Of a stretch of 64,000 nt of DNA, positions 35,076 through 46,322 are shown piece after piece. The DNA comes from an uncultured Verrucomicrobiae bacterium. GTDB taxonomy: Bacteria; Verrucomicrobiota; Verrucomicrobiia; Chthoniobacterales; JAFAMB01. The stretch lies in contig CAWIPH010000001.1 in assembly GCA_963837955.1 (NCBI GenBank), forward strand, positions 288,001-352,000, given 5' to 3'. A program made the position numbers and the translations under genes. Below the pieces are notes generated by a model, which was not told the DNA's origin, made no database searches, and worked only from the letters and a program-made list of their open reading frames with translations. Numbering within the stretch: position 1 is the stretch's first letter; the number at the start of each line of letters is the position of its first letter.

Positions 35076-36203
35076 CTACCGCTGATCGATCGGCACAAAT
35101 TTTCGGCCGACCGGCTCGCCAACGTATTCGCTCAACGGGCGATACAAACGGTTGTCGGCCAATTGCTCGAGAATATGGGCGGTCCAACCCGCGGTTCGGG
35201 AGATGGCAAAGATTGGGGTGAACAGGTCAGTCGGTATTCCGAGCGAGTAATAGAAAGTGGCCGAGTAGAAATCGACATTGGCGTAGAGACCTTTCTTCTC
35301 CCTCATGAGAGCGGCAATCCGTTCGGACATTTCGATCCATTTCGGTTCGCCTAACTCTGCGCTCAATTCGATTGCCTTCTGGCGGAGAATAGGGGCTCGT
35401 GGGTCCAAGACTTTGTAGACTCGATGACCGATTCCCATGATCTTTTTCTTTTCGGCCAGCGTCTTTTCTACATAGGCGTCGACTTTATCGGGTGACCCGA
35501 TCTCCTGGAGCATGTGGATCACGCCTTCGTTGGCGCCTCCGTGCAGAGGGCCCTTCAGAGTGGCGATCGCTGCGGTCAGCGCGGAATACATGTCGGTGAG
35601 CGTCGAGATGGTCACCCGAGCACTAAATGTGGACGCGTTCATGCCGTGTTCCGCATGCAGAACGTAAGCAAGATCGAGCGTCTCCGCTTTTTTTACGGAA
35701 GGCTCCTGATCGTCCAGCAGGTAAAGAAAATGAGCCGCCTCACCCAAATCACTACGAACCGGCGGTAGTTTCAGTCCGTTTCGGGCTCGATGAAAATAGG
35801 CGATGATCACGCCGACCTTAGCCAGCACGCTCACCGCGCGGCGCCGGTTTGCATCCAAGCTATCGTCCACGGCCAGAGTCGGATCGTGCAAGCCCAACAT
35901 AGAAACCGCAGTCCGCAACACATCGATTGGTAGAGCCGTTTTCGGGGTCGATTGGAGGAATTGGATAACCTGTTCGGGCAGTTGCCGTTCCGCTGCCAAA
36001 GCTCGTTTCAGCTCGGCTAATTCCGTGGGGTTAGGGAGCCGGTTGTCCCAAAGGAGATAGACGACTTCCTCAAAAGAGGCTTTTCCAGCGAGCTCGTTAA
36101 TATCGAAGCCGCAATAAATCAGCTGCCCCTCTTGGCCACGCACGTCTCCGAGACGAGTCTCGTTTGCGACCACCCCTTCCAACCCTTTTGCGAAATCAGA
36201 CAT
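35076..36203 (-). CDS. gltA: Citrate synthase
   Basis: KGLEGV, LHAEHGMNASTF, GPLHGGANE, GIGHRVYK, NVDFYS. Confidence 0.9.
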   Translation of the reverse strand: MSDFAKGLEGVVANETRLGDVRGQEGQLIYCGFDINELAGKASFEEVVYLLWDNRLPNPTELAELKRALAAERQLPEQVIQFLQSTPKTALPIDVLRTAVSMLGLHDPTLAVDDSLDANRRRAVSVLAKVGVIIAYFHRARNGLKLPPVRSDLGEAAHFLYLLDDQEPSVKKAETLDLAYVLHAEHGMNASTFSARVTISTLTDMYSALTAAIATLKGPLHGGANEGVIHMLQEIGSPDKVDAYVEKTLAEKKKIMGIGHRVYKVLDPRAPILRQKAIELSAELGEPKWIEMSERIAALMREKKGLYANVDFYSATFYYSLGIPTDLFTPIFAISRTAGWTAHILEQLADNRLYRPLSEYVGEPVGRKFVPIDQR

Positions 36204-36206
36204 AAA

Positions 36207-37082
36207 TTACCCTTTGGCTATCTTGATTAATGTCTCGCCGATCGTAGCCGGAGTATCCGCAATAGCGATGCCCGCCGCACGCAATGCCTCGATCTTTCCC
36301 GCCGCCGTGCCCTTTCCGCCCGCGACAATCGCTCCGGCATGACCCATGCGTCGCCCGGGAGGAGCGGTTACGCCAGCGATAAAAGCGCACACCGGCTTTT
36401 TCAAGTTAGTCTTGATCCAGGCCGCTGCTTCTTCCTCCGCCGTACCACCGATTTCTCCGATCAGGATCAACGATTCTGTCTCCCGATCTTCGGCGAACAT
36501 TTTCACGGCGTCCAGATGAGAAGTTCCATTGATCGGGTCTCCGCCAATTCCGATGCAGGTCGATTGACCGTACCCTCGTTGAGTCAATTGCCAGACCGCT
36601 TCGTAAGTCAGCGTGCCCGAACGAGAAATAACGCCGACACTTCCTCTCTTATGAATATACCCTGGCATGATCCCGATCTTGCACTCTCCTGGTGTGATAA
36701 TTCCAGGACAGTTCGGACCAATGAGCCGGCTGGAACTCTCAGCCAGTGCCGCCTTGACCCGCATCATGTCGATAACCGGGATACCCTCGGTAATACAAAC
36801 AATTAGCTCCACCCCGGCATCCGCTGCCTCCAGAATGGCATCGGCCGCGAATGGAGCAGGCACGAAGATCATCGTCGCATTGCATCCGGTCTGTTTCCGG
36901 GCCTCGCTCACGGTGTCGTAGATCGGGATTTTACCGTCAAACGCTTGCCCGCCTTTCCCCGGAGTGACGCCAGCTACGACGTGGGTGCCGTACTCCAGGC
37001 AGCCACGGGCATGGAATGCGCCCGAACTGCCGGTGATGCCTTGAACCAGAAGCCGCGTGTTCTTGTTAACCAGGATAGACAT
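36207..37082 (-). CDS. sucD: Succinyl-CoA synthetase alpha subunit
   Basis: [31 protein letters not shown]. Confidence 0.97.
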   Translation of the reverse strand: MSILVNKNTRLLVQGITGSSGAFHARGCLEYGTHVVAGVTPGKGGQAFDGKIPIYDTVSEARKQTGCNATMIFVPAPFAADAILEAADAGVELIVCITEGIPVIDMMRVKAALAESSSRLIGPNCPGIITPGECKIGIMPGYIHKRGSVGVISRSGTLTYEAVWQLTQRGYGQSTCIGIGGDPINGTSHLDAVKMFAEDRETESLILIGEIGGTAEEEAAAWIKTNLKKPVCAFIAGVTAPPGRRMGHAGAIVAGGKGTAAGKIEALRAAGIAIADTPATIGETLIKIAKG

Positions 37083-37090
37083 GGAAAGAG

Positions 37091-37465
37091 CTAGAGGTGC
37101 GCGTGACGCTTATGAATCGTAATCTTGTTGCCGTCCGGGTCGGCGATAACCGCCATCCGGCAAACGGGAGTTTCCATCGTTTCAACGTCGAAAGGGATGT
37201 TTTTCGCCTTGAGCTCGGCGATAGCCGAATCGAACTCCACGACTTCCAGGGCGACGTTCGGTCCGTCCGGTGAAGGGTTCCACTGACCGGGTGGCATCTT
37301 GGCAACAGCCAAGGTGTTTGCTCCGAGATCGTATTCGATCCAGGAGTACGATTCGTGGATAAACTCGCGGCTCGGCTGCAGACCCAAAACGCCTTCGTAA
37401 AATCCGCGGGAGCGTTCGACGTCAGTGACCGGATAAGCGACAAAGGCGATTTCGGCTACTTTCAT
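37091..37465 (-). CDS. VOC (glyoxalase/bleomycin-resistance) family protein
   Basis: [17 protein letters not shown]...DPDGN. Confidence 0.88.
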   Translation of the reverse strand: MKVAEIAFVAYPVTDVERSRGFYEGVLGLQPSREFIHESYSWIEYDLGANTLAVAKMPPGQWNPSPDGPNVALEVVEFDSAIAELKAKNIPFDVETMETPVCRMAVIADPDGNKITIHKRHAHL

Positions 37466-37553
37466 TTCGATGGATACTATTCAGAATGTGCCGAAGACGT
37501 CAGCGACGAAGTTCTTATTCTAAATTCTAAATTCTGCCTTCTAAATTCGACGC

Positions 37554-38741
37554 TTAGTGTCCCTTGGCTGCAGCCACTACCAGTTGAGCCGCTTCCGCCA
37601 GATTGGAGGCAGCTCGGATCGGCAATTTCGATTCCTGGAGCAGTTTCTTGCCTTGATCGACGTTCGTACCTTCCAATCGCACCACGAGCGGTACGGGCAA
37701 TGAAACCGCTTTGACCGCATTAATGATCCCTTGGGCGATCACATCACATTTCATGATTCCCCCGAAAATATTCACCAAGATCGCTCGCACGTTCTTGTCG
37801 GAAACGAGAATCTTGAACGCTTCAGTCACCTGGGCCTCACTCGCTCCACCTCCTACATCCAGGAAGTTAGCTGGTTCTCCTCCCGCGTACTTAATGATAT
37901 CCATCGTGGCCATAGCCAGCCCGGCGCCATTCACCAGGCAAGCGATGTTGCCGTCCAGCCCGATGTAATTGAGATTGAATTTCGACGCCTCGACTTCGCG
38001 CTGATCTTCTTCCGCTATATCGCGCATCTCCACGATCTCGGGATGCCGGTATAAGGCGTTATCGTCAAAGTTGAATTTCGCGTCGAGCGCATAGACCTCG
38101 CCATTTTTGGTCAATACTAGCGGATTGATCTCCACCATCGAGCAGTCCAGCGAGATGAAGAGCTTATAAAGGTTGCCGAACAGCTTGGCAGCAGCCTTGA
38201 GGTGATCTCCGGTGAACTCGAGTTGCCGGGCCAATTTCAGACATTGGAATGGTTGCAGACCGAGCAGCGGATGCACCTTCTCGCGCATGATTCTATCCGG
38301 ATGTTTTTCAGCGATCGTTTCGATTTCCACGCCGCCTTCAGTGCTCGCGACTACGACCGGAGTGCTCGTCGCTCGATCGATCAGGATTGCAAAATAAACT
38401 TCTCGCTGGATTTCTACCGACTCGGCAACCAACACCTTGCGCACCACGCGCCCGTCCGGGCCGGTTTGGTGGGTGATCAGCGTATAACCCAACATGTTCC
38501 GCGCCAGCTCTCGCGCTTCGGCCGGCGTCGAGCAGAGATGGACCCCACCCTTGAATCCGTGCTTGAACGTTCCTTTGCCCCGGCCGCCCGCATGAATCTG
38601 GGCCTTAACCACCAGGTGGGAAGTCTTCAGATTGCTTGCCACCTTTTCCGCTTCCTCGGGCGTTTCAGCAGGTGCCCCGGGCGGCGTAGCGATGCCGAAA
38701 CGTTGGAAAAGCGATTTAGCCTGGTATTCGTGAATATTCAT
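37554..38741 (-). CDS. sucC: Succinyl-CoA synthetase beta subunit
   Basis: [42 protein letters not shown]. Confidence 0.97.
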   Translation of the reverse strand: MNIHEYQAKSLFQRFGIATPPGAPAETPEEAEKVASNLKTSHLVVKAQIHAGGRGKGTFKHGFKGGVHLCSTPAEARELARNMLGYTLITHQTGPDGRVVRKVLVAESVEIQREVYFAILIDRATSTPVVVASTEGGVEIETIAEKHPDRIMREKVHPLLGLQPFQCLKLARQLEFTGDHLKAAAKLFGNLYKLFISLDCSMVEINPLVLTKNGEVYALDAKFNFDDNALYRHPEIVEMRDIAEEDQREVEASKFNLNYIGLDGNIACLVNGAGLAMATMDIIKYAGGEPANFLDVGGGASEAQVTEAFKILVSDKNVRAILVNIFGGIMKCDVIAQGIINAVKAVSLPVPLVVRLEGTNVDQGKKLLQESKLPIRAASNLAEAAQLVVAAAKGH

Positions 38742-38840
38742 GTACAGGGAGGCATGCTGTCCGCTCGGGAAGGAACAGGTCCGTACATAGGTCTAGCCGA
38801 GAATGCCGTCAACCAGGAAGCTTTTCCGCAGAAGAACAGA

Positions 38841-39134
38841 GAAGGAATGATCCGCAGATTTCGCAGAGCGGCATAGCCGCGACCACAGAAGGTATTATCC
38901 GCAGATTTCACAGATTACACAGATTTGGGGTTTGGGCCTGGGTCCGGCGCGTGGATCTTCACTTCGTCCTCGTGCTGGTAGTCGTCCATTTCCCGATTGA
39001 AGGGCCACCCCTCCAATTAATGATTGAGAGTTGGCTTTCAACCGAAAACAGGCCGACACGAGTACGAGGACGAAGTGAAAATCCACGCCTCGGACCCAAA
39101 TCCTAAATCTGTGTAATCTGCGGATGATTCCTTC
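38841..39134. repeat. Imperfect inverted repeat built from 9-mer (CACAGATTA-like) and 6-mer (CTCGTC-like) tracts
   Basis: The reverse complement of 39050-39134 aligns with 38890-38985. Confidence 0.75.
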
Positions 39135-39238
39135 GGGTTCTTTCTGCGGATTTATTCGTGGAATTCCAGGTCTTGTTCCCGGATTCTGCTTCGTACCTTT
39201 GTGGCTTTTTGTGAGATCAGCGATGGGTATATTCTTCG

Positions 39239-39640
39239 ATGTTAATCGAGCTACCCGGACTACCTGAACGGATCAGGGCGCTTGGTTTTGATGAGTCGCA
39301 GTTTGAGGAGTCGTTCGCTCGATCAGCTGGCCCCGGTGGTCAAAACGTAAATAAAGTCTCGACCGCTGTGACGCTTCGCCATCTTCCGACCGGTACCAGC
39401 GTCACCGTACGTGAGTCGCGTTCTCAGCATCAAAACCGGCGGATTGCAGCCCTCCGGTTGGTTGCGCTTCTTGAGCGGAGAATTGCCGACCAGCGAGCCC
39501 AACGCAGAGCTGCGAGAGAAAAGCTTCGGAGACAAAACTCCCCGCGACCGCCTGCGTTAAAGCGCCGGCTACGCGAAGCAAAAGCAAAACGCGCTGTTAC
39601 CAAACAGAATCGGAGAAATCTCAGCGAGGCGGGAGACTGA
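39239..39640 (+). CDS. Short peptide-chain-release-factor-like protein (ArfB-like peptidyl-tRNA hydrolase)
   Basis: RSAGPGGQNVNKVSTAV, RSQHQNR, basic C-terminal tail. Confidence 0.85.
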   Translation: MLIELPGLPERIRALGFDESQFEESFARSAGPGGQNVNKVSTAVTLRHLPTGTSVTVRESRSQHQNRRIAALRLVALLERRIADQRAQRRAAREKLRRQNSPRPPALKRRLREAKAKRAVTKQNRRNLSEAGD

Positions 39641-39758
39641 ACCTGGATGAATACCCCCGACGGGTAGGGCGATACACACGTTGAGCGAAAGCGAGATAAG
39701 TGTGTGAGCCATGAGACATGCCAAACAACGAGGCGGCGAAGGCTCACAGGCTGGACGC

Positions 39759-40433
39759 CTACCGATTCTGGGCGGATGCCGCCGGCACAATCGCAATCAG
39801 ATCGTTTTCGACTGATAGGACTGCTCCCGGTAACAGAGTTCTTATTCGTTTCTCAAAATCCGGGAGACTCGGATATCCATCCTCCGATCCAAAAGAGCGC
39901 GCATCGTCGATTAGCATGACGAATCGAACTGGGCATCGCTCAGCGATTGCTTGAACTTCGTCGCAGACAGGGGTGCTCGCGTCCCCTTGAGCTGTGATCC
40001 CGCTGGAAAAATGGCCATCCAGCCAAAAGAGTGTCGGTTGGCGAAGTTCCTTTAACAGTTCAGGGAGCACTGTGGAGCTATCTCCCTCATGCACGTGGAT
40101 GTGCGGCAAATGCTTGAAACGCTCTTTGGCTAAGCCGCAGAGGGTCGGGCTCAGTTCAATAGTATGAATTTCTGCGAACCGGTTTCGAAGAGCCCAAGGC
40201 GTATCACCCAGGAAGGTACCGGTTTCTACCAACGCACCCAGACCATGCAGCCGGGCGTAACGAACCAGAATTGGGTGTTTCAGCAAATTGGGTAGCGGCG
40301 ACTCCCAGCCGGTCCGTTGCCAGCGCGGAAGCGTTTGAAAAGCGAAGCGAGCGCGCAGCACCGCGTTAAAAGCCCACGGTGCAACCGCTACTAGCGCATT
40401 CCGAACGCGTATTCGGCTGGGCGTCCAATTCAT
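39759..40433 (-). CDS. Hypothetical methyltransferase-fold protein
   Basis: [24 protein letters not shown]. Confidence 0.75.
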   Translation of the reverse strand: MNWTPSRIRVRNALVAVAPWAFNAVLRARFAFQTLPRWQRTGWESPLPNLLKHPILVRYARLHGLGALVETGTFLGDTPWALRNRFAEIHTIELSPTLCGLAKERFKHLPHIHVHEGDSSTVLPELLKELRQPTLFWLDGHFSSGITAQGDASTPVCDEVQAIAERCPVRFVMLIDDARSFGSEDGYPSLPDFEKRIRTLLPGAVLSVENDLIAIVPAASAQNR

Positions 40434-41042
40434 TCCACGGACTTCTGCGAGCGGTCGTGCGTGAGCATGCGCTCGACGTACTTAGCGATTAGATCGAACT
40501 CGAGATTCACCCGCATTCCCGGCTCGAGGCGGTGCAGATTGGTCACCTGCCAGGTGTGCGGAATGATCCAGAGCACAAAGCTATTGGCGTTCAGTTCAGC
40601 GATGGTGAGACTAATGCCATCTACGGCAATTGAGCCCTTAAATACAACGTACTGCCGAAAAGCGGATGGAAGCTCGATCTCGACCCGATGATCGGCTCCT
40701 TTCTGTTCAAGCAGAAAGCACAGCCGCCGTCGCATCGATATGGCCTTGAACCAAATGCCCATCGAAACGGCTATTGGCAGCCATTGGGCGCTCCAGGTTC
40801 ACAACGTCACCTGGTCGTAGATCGCCCAAGTTTGTCCGGCGTAAAGTCTCTCCGAGCAGATCAAACTGTAACCGCGATCGCGTGACATCCGCCACGGTGA
40901 GACAACAGCCGTTCACGGCCAGGCTGGCGCCCTCGCGAAGCTCGTCAGAAAAAGGGGTTTCTATCTCCAGCCGAAAGCCGCCCCCTTCTTTCTTAATCAG
41001 CGCGTCCAGTTTTCCCGTGGCCTCCACGATTCCGGTAAACAT
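40430..41042 (-). CDS. ribE: Riboflavin synthase (alpha chain); frameshift near 40720
   Basis: [25 protein letters not shown], then [12 protein letters not shown] and VNLEFD in another frame. Confidence 0.9.
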
Positions 41043-41119
41043 CCATGAATCCTAGGAAGGGAGCACAAGGAGTGCAAGAGGAACGCCGATTGGTGATCGG
41101 TCATCGCGTCAGGGGTCGG

Positions 41120-41498
41120 TACGCCGAAGGCGTTAGAGGACTCAGCCCGGGGTGGAGGCTTTGCGCAACCCCGGGTACCTAAAAAATGCGCGTCCGCTCT
41201 GACGTGTCCCGCCGTAGGCCTTGCGAAGGAGGAAAGAGCGAAAGAAGTTTTCTACGGAGCTCGGTGACGGCAGCGACAATCCGTAGAGGCCGAGCCTGGG
41301 TAAGAGGATTTAGAAGGGGCGTTTATGCCCTCGATGGGAGCCGGTAATTGAGCGCCGTTCTGCCAAAGGATTTCTTGCGCTCTTTCCTCCTTCGCAAGGC
41401 CTACGGCGGGACACGTCAGAGCGGACGCGCATTTTTTAGGTACCCGGGGTTACGCAAAGCCTCCACCCCGGGCTGAGTCCTTTAACGCCTTGGGCGTA
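41120..41498. repeat. Long inverted repeat (~127-bp arms, ~125-bp spacer) of composite palindromic family B
   Basis: 41120-41246 is a near-perfect reverse complement of 41372-41498; partial copy at 62983-63022. Confidence 0.92.
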
Positions 41499-41766
41499 TC
41501 TGGTGTATCCGACGAGACCGGCTGGGGTTGCCTATTGGGTGACGCCGGGCGGTTTTTGTTATGACGATCGACAACGCAACGCCATACCCCGGCGTCCAGC
41601 TCCCCGCTTACGGCTTACCGATCGGCGTTCTCCAACTTCGCTCCGTCGTTTGAAACTCCGGCATGCTTCGTCGGACAAGCCGGCGTTCCCGTGCGTTGTC
41701 GGCGTTCTCCGGCCTGCGGCGTTACATTTTGCTTCCGAACGAAATTTGATGGAACATAATCCGCCC

Positions 41767-42693
41767 ATGGAAACAGTTGTAATTATTGGTACGGGGTGCG
41801 CAGGGTTGACCGCTGCTATTTATGCGGCGCGAGCCAACCTCACCCCCCTCGTTCTCGAAGGACGAGAGCCCGGAGGCCAATTGACTACGACCACTCTGGT
41901 CGAGAATTTTCCCGGTTTTCCAGATGGAGTCGACGGACCGCAGCTGATCATGAATATGCATAAGCAAGCGGAGAAATTCGGCGCCAGGTTCCGGTACGCC
42001 GAAGTCGAGGATTTTGAACCTAACAAGCATCACCACCGGTTGAAGGTCGACGGAGAATGGATCGACACCAAAACCGTTATCGTCGCAAGCGGCGCTTCGG
42101 CTAAATGGTTGGACTTGGGTGACGAAAAAAAGCTCAAAGGGCACGGACTGACTTCCTGCGCCACCTGCGATGGAGCTTTCTATCGCAACGTCCCGGTCTG
42201 CGTCGTCGGGGGCGGCGATACGGCTTGCGAGGAAGCCGTCTTTTTAACGAAATTCGCTTCGATCGTTTACTTGATCCATCGGCGGGGGTCGCTCCGAGCG
42301 ACTCCGATTATGGCAGATCGCGCCCTGCAAAATCCGAAGATCCAACCGATTTGGAATACTCTTATTAGCGGGTACCGGACTGATGCAGCTGGAGAAATGG
42401 TAGGCGTCGAGATGACCAACGTCGAGACCGGCGAGTTGAGCTCATTGGGAGTGAAATGCGTTTTTATTGCAATCGGGCATACGCCAAATACGGCTCCGTT
42501 CCGCGGTAAGCTTAAAATGGACGGCAATGGCTATCTGATCCACCATGGAGGATCTCGGACGAATGTGCCTGGTATTTTTGCAGCGGGCGACGTGGTTGAT
42601 CCTCACTACCGCCAGGCGGTTACCGCGGCGGGTCAAGGTTGCATGGCGGCGATGGATGCCGAGCGCTATCTGAGCGACCAAGAAGCGGGTTAA
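41767..42693 (+). CDS. trxB: Thioredoxin-disulfide reductase
   Basis: IIGTGCAG, GGQLTTT, CATCDG, VGGGDTA, AAGDV...YRQAVTAAG. Confidence 0.95.
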   Translation: METVVIIGTGCAGLTAAIYAARANLTPLVLEGREPGGQLTTTTLVENFPGFPDGVDGPQLIMNMHKQAEKFGARFRYAEVEDFEPNKHHHRLKVDGEWIDTKTVIVASGASAKWLDLGDEKKLKGHGLTSCATCDGAFYRNVPVCVVGGGDTACEEAVFLTKFASIVYLIHRRGSLRATPIMADRALQNPKIQPIWNTLISGYRTDAAGEMVGVEMTNVETGELSSLGVKCVFIAIGHTPNTAPFRGKLKMDGNGYLIHHGGSRTNVPGIFAAGDVVDPHYRQAVTAAGQGCMAAMDAERYLSDQEAG

Positions 42694-42884
42694 TGCTCTG
42701 TATTACGGAAATCTGATATGCGGCGCTGAGAGATTGTGATCTGAGGCAAGACGCGAACGACGAGCATATCGAGAGGAGTACGTAGGAGTGAGCAACCCAG
42801 CCCCAGAGCACGAGAACCAGCGACAAAAGGGTTGTGGCGGTTTGCGTCCGCTGGCGGAGGATGAGAGTTGATTTCAACTAACTG

Positions 42885-44036
42885 ATGAAGGTCTGCGATC
42901 TCACGCAGTTCTATTCGCCCTTCAGCGGCGGCGTGAAACGCTACCTCGAGGAGAAACGACGTTATGCCTTATCGGCTGGGCACGAACACGTCTTGATCGT
43001 GCCGGGCATGCGCACTGAGCGAGTCGAAGAAGAGAAGGCACGAACCTATTTTGTGGAAGCACCTCTGGTTTCCAAGACCTCTCGATACCGCGCACTTCTG
43101 AATCTCCGGGCCGTAGAAAACCTGCTGGAACAAGAGCGGCCGGACATCATCGAATCGAGCGACCCATATCAGCTCGCCTGGAAAGCGATTGCCTCAGGGG
43201 AAAACCTGAGAATTCCGGTCGTTGGATTTTATCATTCTCATTTCCCGGAAGCTTATCTCCGAACTACGTCAAAGTTCTTTGGCAAGACCGCAACCTACAT
43301 TGCGATGGAAACCGCCAGGGTTTACATCCGCTCGCTGTACAACCACTTTCGCTGCACTTTTGTTTCTTCGGCCGGTCTAGCCCAAGTTCTCCGAGAATGG
43401 GGCGTTGAAAATGTCGTGCTCAACGAGCTCGGGGTCGATACCGAAGTTTTTCATCGCGGCACTGACAAGTTCGCGACACGGGTCGAACTGGAGATCCCAA
43501 GCGATCGTTTGCTGCTTCTTTACGTAGGCCGGCTAGCCTCCGAAAAAAACGTCAAAACATTGTTTCAAGCGTTTGAAGATTTGCATCGCCGCAACCCAGG
43601 CCATTTTCATCTCCTGGTCGTCGGCGACGGACCGCAGCGCGACCATTTGCTCGAATTGCAAGCAGCGACCGAGTCGGTCAGTTGGCGACGGTACTGTTCG
43701 GACAAATCGACCTTGGCCGAGATTTATCGGGCTGCCGATCTCTTCGTCCATCCTGGTGTCCAGGAAACTTTTGGCTTGGTCGCCTTAGAAAGCCAGGCCT
43801 GCGGAACTCCGGTCGTCGGTATTCGTGGAAGCTATATGGACAGAATTATTCTGTCCGATCAAACGCATTGGGCCTCCGAGAATTCATCCGAATCCCTGGC
43901 TGCTGCCATTCTCGAGATGAGCGCAATCGACCTTGATGCGATTGGCAGCAAAGCAAGCAGGCAGGTCGCGGCGCGCTATTCCTGGCGAAAGGTATTCGGC
44001 CAGATGTTCGATATTTACAAAGAGCTGCAGGGTTGA
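42885..44036 (+). CDS. GT4 glycosyltransferase
   Basis: FYSPFSGGVKRY, YVGRLASEKN, ETFGLVALESQACGTP. Confidence 0.9.
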   Translation: MKVCDLTQFYSPFSGGVKRYLEEKRRYALSAGHEHVLIVPGMRTERVEEEKARTYFVEAPLVSKTSRYRALLNLRAVENLLEQERPDIIESSDPYQLAWKAIASGENLRIPVVGFYHSHFPEAYLRTTSKFFGKTATYIAMETARVYIRSLYNHFRCTFVSSAGLAQVLREWGVENVVLNELGVDTEVFHRGTDKFATRVELEIPSDRLLLLYVGRLASEKNVKTLFQAFEDLHRRNPGHFHLLVVGDGPQRDHLLELQAATESVSWRRYCSDKSTLAEIYRAADLFVHPGVQETFGLVALESQACGTPVVGIRGSYMDRIILSDQTHWASENSSESLAAAILEMSAIDLDAIGSKASRQVAARYSWRKVFGQMFDIYKELQG

Positions 44037-44139
44037 TGGGGGAAGCGTTTGGCGTTTGGCGTTTCCGACTTCGCTGATCCTTGGAACGTCCCCGATGTAG
44101 GGAGGAGCTTCGTCGGACAAGTCGGCGTTTGGCGTATCG

Positions 44140-44400
44140 GTCCCGGCTTGTCCGCCGTAGCCAGGAGGGCGGAGGAAGAAGGGATCCAATGAAAGTAGCC
44201 CAGTACGAAGTGCTGGGTAACGTTAAAAAGAACGACCCGTCCCGGACGGGACGATCGACGGGTTGTTTACGTTGGTGAAGCCGCATACGATAGAACCAGG
44301 AGCCAAAACACTTCTATCATCCCTAACGGGACGGACGTCTCTTTTTGCATTATTTCCCAGCACTTCGTACTGGGCTACTTTCGTAGAGTCCCTCCGGGAC
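44140..44400. repeat. Family A composite repeat (single unit) with a 33-bp insertion in its left palindrome
   Basis: GAAAGTAGCCCAGTACGAAGTGCTGGG...CCCAGCACTTCGTACTGGGCTACTTTC. Confidence 0.85.
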
Positions 44401-44577
44401 GAGTCTTCCGTGCGTGCTTCTAAGCCTTATTTTGATGCGCCTGGCCGGCCGCCGGACTGGGAATTATGCAAGAAGAGATGCCCATCCCGCAATCGTGCAG
44501 ACTATGGCGGACCAAACCGGAACGGGTTACTTTTTCTTAACGTCGAAATTGAGCGAAATTCCCATAGGATACTTACG

Positions 44578-45270
44578 TTGAATATCAAACCTTTCGTGGT
44601 CCGCCGCTACACCCCGGTCGATCGTGATGCAGTACGCCGAATCTGCTGTGAAACCGGTTTTCTCGGTCGACCGATCGATCCGGTCTTTGAAGATCGAGAC
44701 CTTTTCGCTGATTTCTTTACAGATTATTATCTGCGGTGTGAACCGGATGCTGCCTTTGTTGTGACGGTCGACGATTCCGTAGCGGGATTTATTCTGGGTT
44801 GCCGCTATCCGTTGCGCCATCAACTCTTCAGCGCGGCCCAAAGCGTTCTTCTCGCTGCCAAAGTTCTCATTCGCTACCACCGATATAAGCCGGAAACGAA
44901 ACGCTATCTTTGGTGGATCCTCCGAAATTCCAGGCGAGAAGTTCCGCCTGCTCCTCGGCGAGTCGGACATTTCCACGTCAATTTTCTGCCTCCGGTAAAA
45001 AGCATCGCGGCCTTTCGAGAAACCTTAGAAACGTTTTTGCAATTCTTGGCGGAGCAGAGGATCGCGCGGATTAGCGCACAGATGGTTACGTTTGATGACC
45101 GGCGCGGATTCGCGCTGCTTGAACGTTACGGGTTCCAGATTCTCAACCGTTTGGAGATTACGAAATTCAAAGAATTCACGAATCAGACCGTTTACCTCTC
45201 GACGATCCTTCGAGAGGTTCCCCAGGGCGAGGAAAAAATCATTCGGCCCATTTGGAAAACCGAGGGGTGA
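44578..45270 (+). CDS. GNAT-like acetyltransferase-fold protein; start approximate
   Basis: VRRYTPVDRDAVRRICCETG, DYYLRCEPD, GHFHVNFL; the upstream ORF extension runs through repeat DNA. Confidence 0.65.
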   Translation: MNIKPFVVRRYTPVDRDAVRRICCETGFLGRPIDPVFEDRDLFADFFTDYYLRCEPDAAFVVTVDDSVAGFILGCRYPLRHQLFSAAQSVLLAAKVLIRYHRYKPETKRYLWWILRNSRREVPPAPRRVGHFHVNFLPPVKSIAAFRETLETFLQFLAEQRIARISAQMVTFDDRRGFALLERYGFQILNRLEITKFKEFTNQTVYLSTILREVPQGEEKIIRPIWKTEG

Positions 45271-45289
45271 ACGGTCGCGTCCGTCACGG

Positions 45290-45461
45290 CCTCGGGCAGA
45301 GCCCTAGGGATAAGATCATAGGACGGATTTAGCGCTGAAAGCGCGTGACAATCTGGCGATCACGTACCATTTGAAACGCACCTTCAGCGCGTGACCGTTT
45401 GAAAACTCAATTCCTAGGGCTTCACCCTCTAGAGGCTATCCTGAGTCACGGCTTCGCCGCT
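45290..45461. repeat. Composite palindromic repeat (family B-like, partial)
   Basis: AGCGCTGAAAGCGCG...CGCACCTTCAGCGC...CCTAGGGCTTCACCC; related to 57949-58267. Confidence 0.7.
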
Positions 45462-45590
45462 GAAAACTTTTTGCTCGCGCCGATTCACCTCTCACCAATC
45501 ACCGTTCACAGTTCCCGGCGTTCCCGGCGTTCTCCAACTTCGCTCCGTCGTTTAAAACTCCGGAAGGCTTCGTCGCACAAGCCGGCGTTC

Positions 45591-46322
45591 TTACCGACTG
45601 TATCGCACAATACACGCCAGAGTCCGTACTCCGTCTTTCCAGCCGATTTTCTTTCCGGCCGAATAAGCGCGCGCTGCGTAAGCGATAGGTATTTCTCGAA
45701 GCCGAACTCGCATTTTGGCTATTTTCGCAGTGACTTCGGGTTCGATGCCGAACCCTTTCTCTTCGATCGAAATTTTTTGCAGAAGGCTGCTATGAAACAT
45801 TTTATAACAGGTTTCCATATCGGTAAGCCGCAACCCGGTAAACCGATTACAAAGCCAGGTTAAAACTCGATTCGCCAAGTATTGGCCGAAGTAAGCCTCA
45901 CGAACATCCTTCGCATTGGCGTACCGGGAACCGTAGACTACATCCACTTCCCCTGATAACAGCGGAGCGAGAAGCTTTTTGTATTCCGCCGGATCATATT
46001 CCAGGTCGGCATCTTGAATAATGACGTACCCGCAACGTATCGCGCTAATGGCGGTTCGCAGCGCGGCGCCCTTGCCACGATTCCCTTCATGAAAAAAGGC
46101 TCGAATCCGCTGATCTTCTTTGGCTAGTTCCCCTAAGAGCTCGCGACTTCCATCGCTCGATCCGTCGTCGACAGCAATGAGTTCACCGACAACCGGCTCG
46201 GCCAGAACAGCCGCAATAATCGACCGAAGGGTGTCGATCTCATTATAGATCGGCATCAATACGGAAAGGCAGGCGCCCGATGCCTCGGGCGCAGAACATT
46301 CGCTCGGTAATTGACTTTGCAT
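45591..46322 (-). CDS. GT2 glycosyltransferase (DPM1-like)
   Basis: MPIYNE, VDDGSSDG, GKGAAL, IQDADLEYDP, TDMETCYK. Confidence 0.92.
   Translation of the reverse strand: MQSQLPSECSAPEASGACLSVLMPIYNEIDTLRSIIAAVLAEPVVGELIAVDDGSSDGSRELLGELAKEDQRIRAFFHEGNRGKGAALRTAISAIRCGYVIIQDADLEYDPAEYKKLLAPLLSGEVDVVYGSRYANAKDVREAYFGQYLANRVLTWLCNRFTGLRLTDMETCYKMFHSSLLQKISIEEKGFGIEPEVTAKIAKMRVRLREIPIAYAARAYSAGKKIGWKDGVRTLACIVRYSR

Noticed and set aside
38202..38876. Long antisense ORFs opposite sucC, sucD, recA and others
   Set aside because: Shadow frames of well-supported genes.
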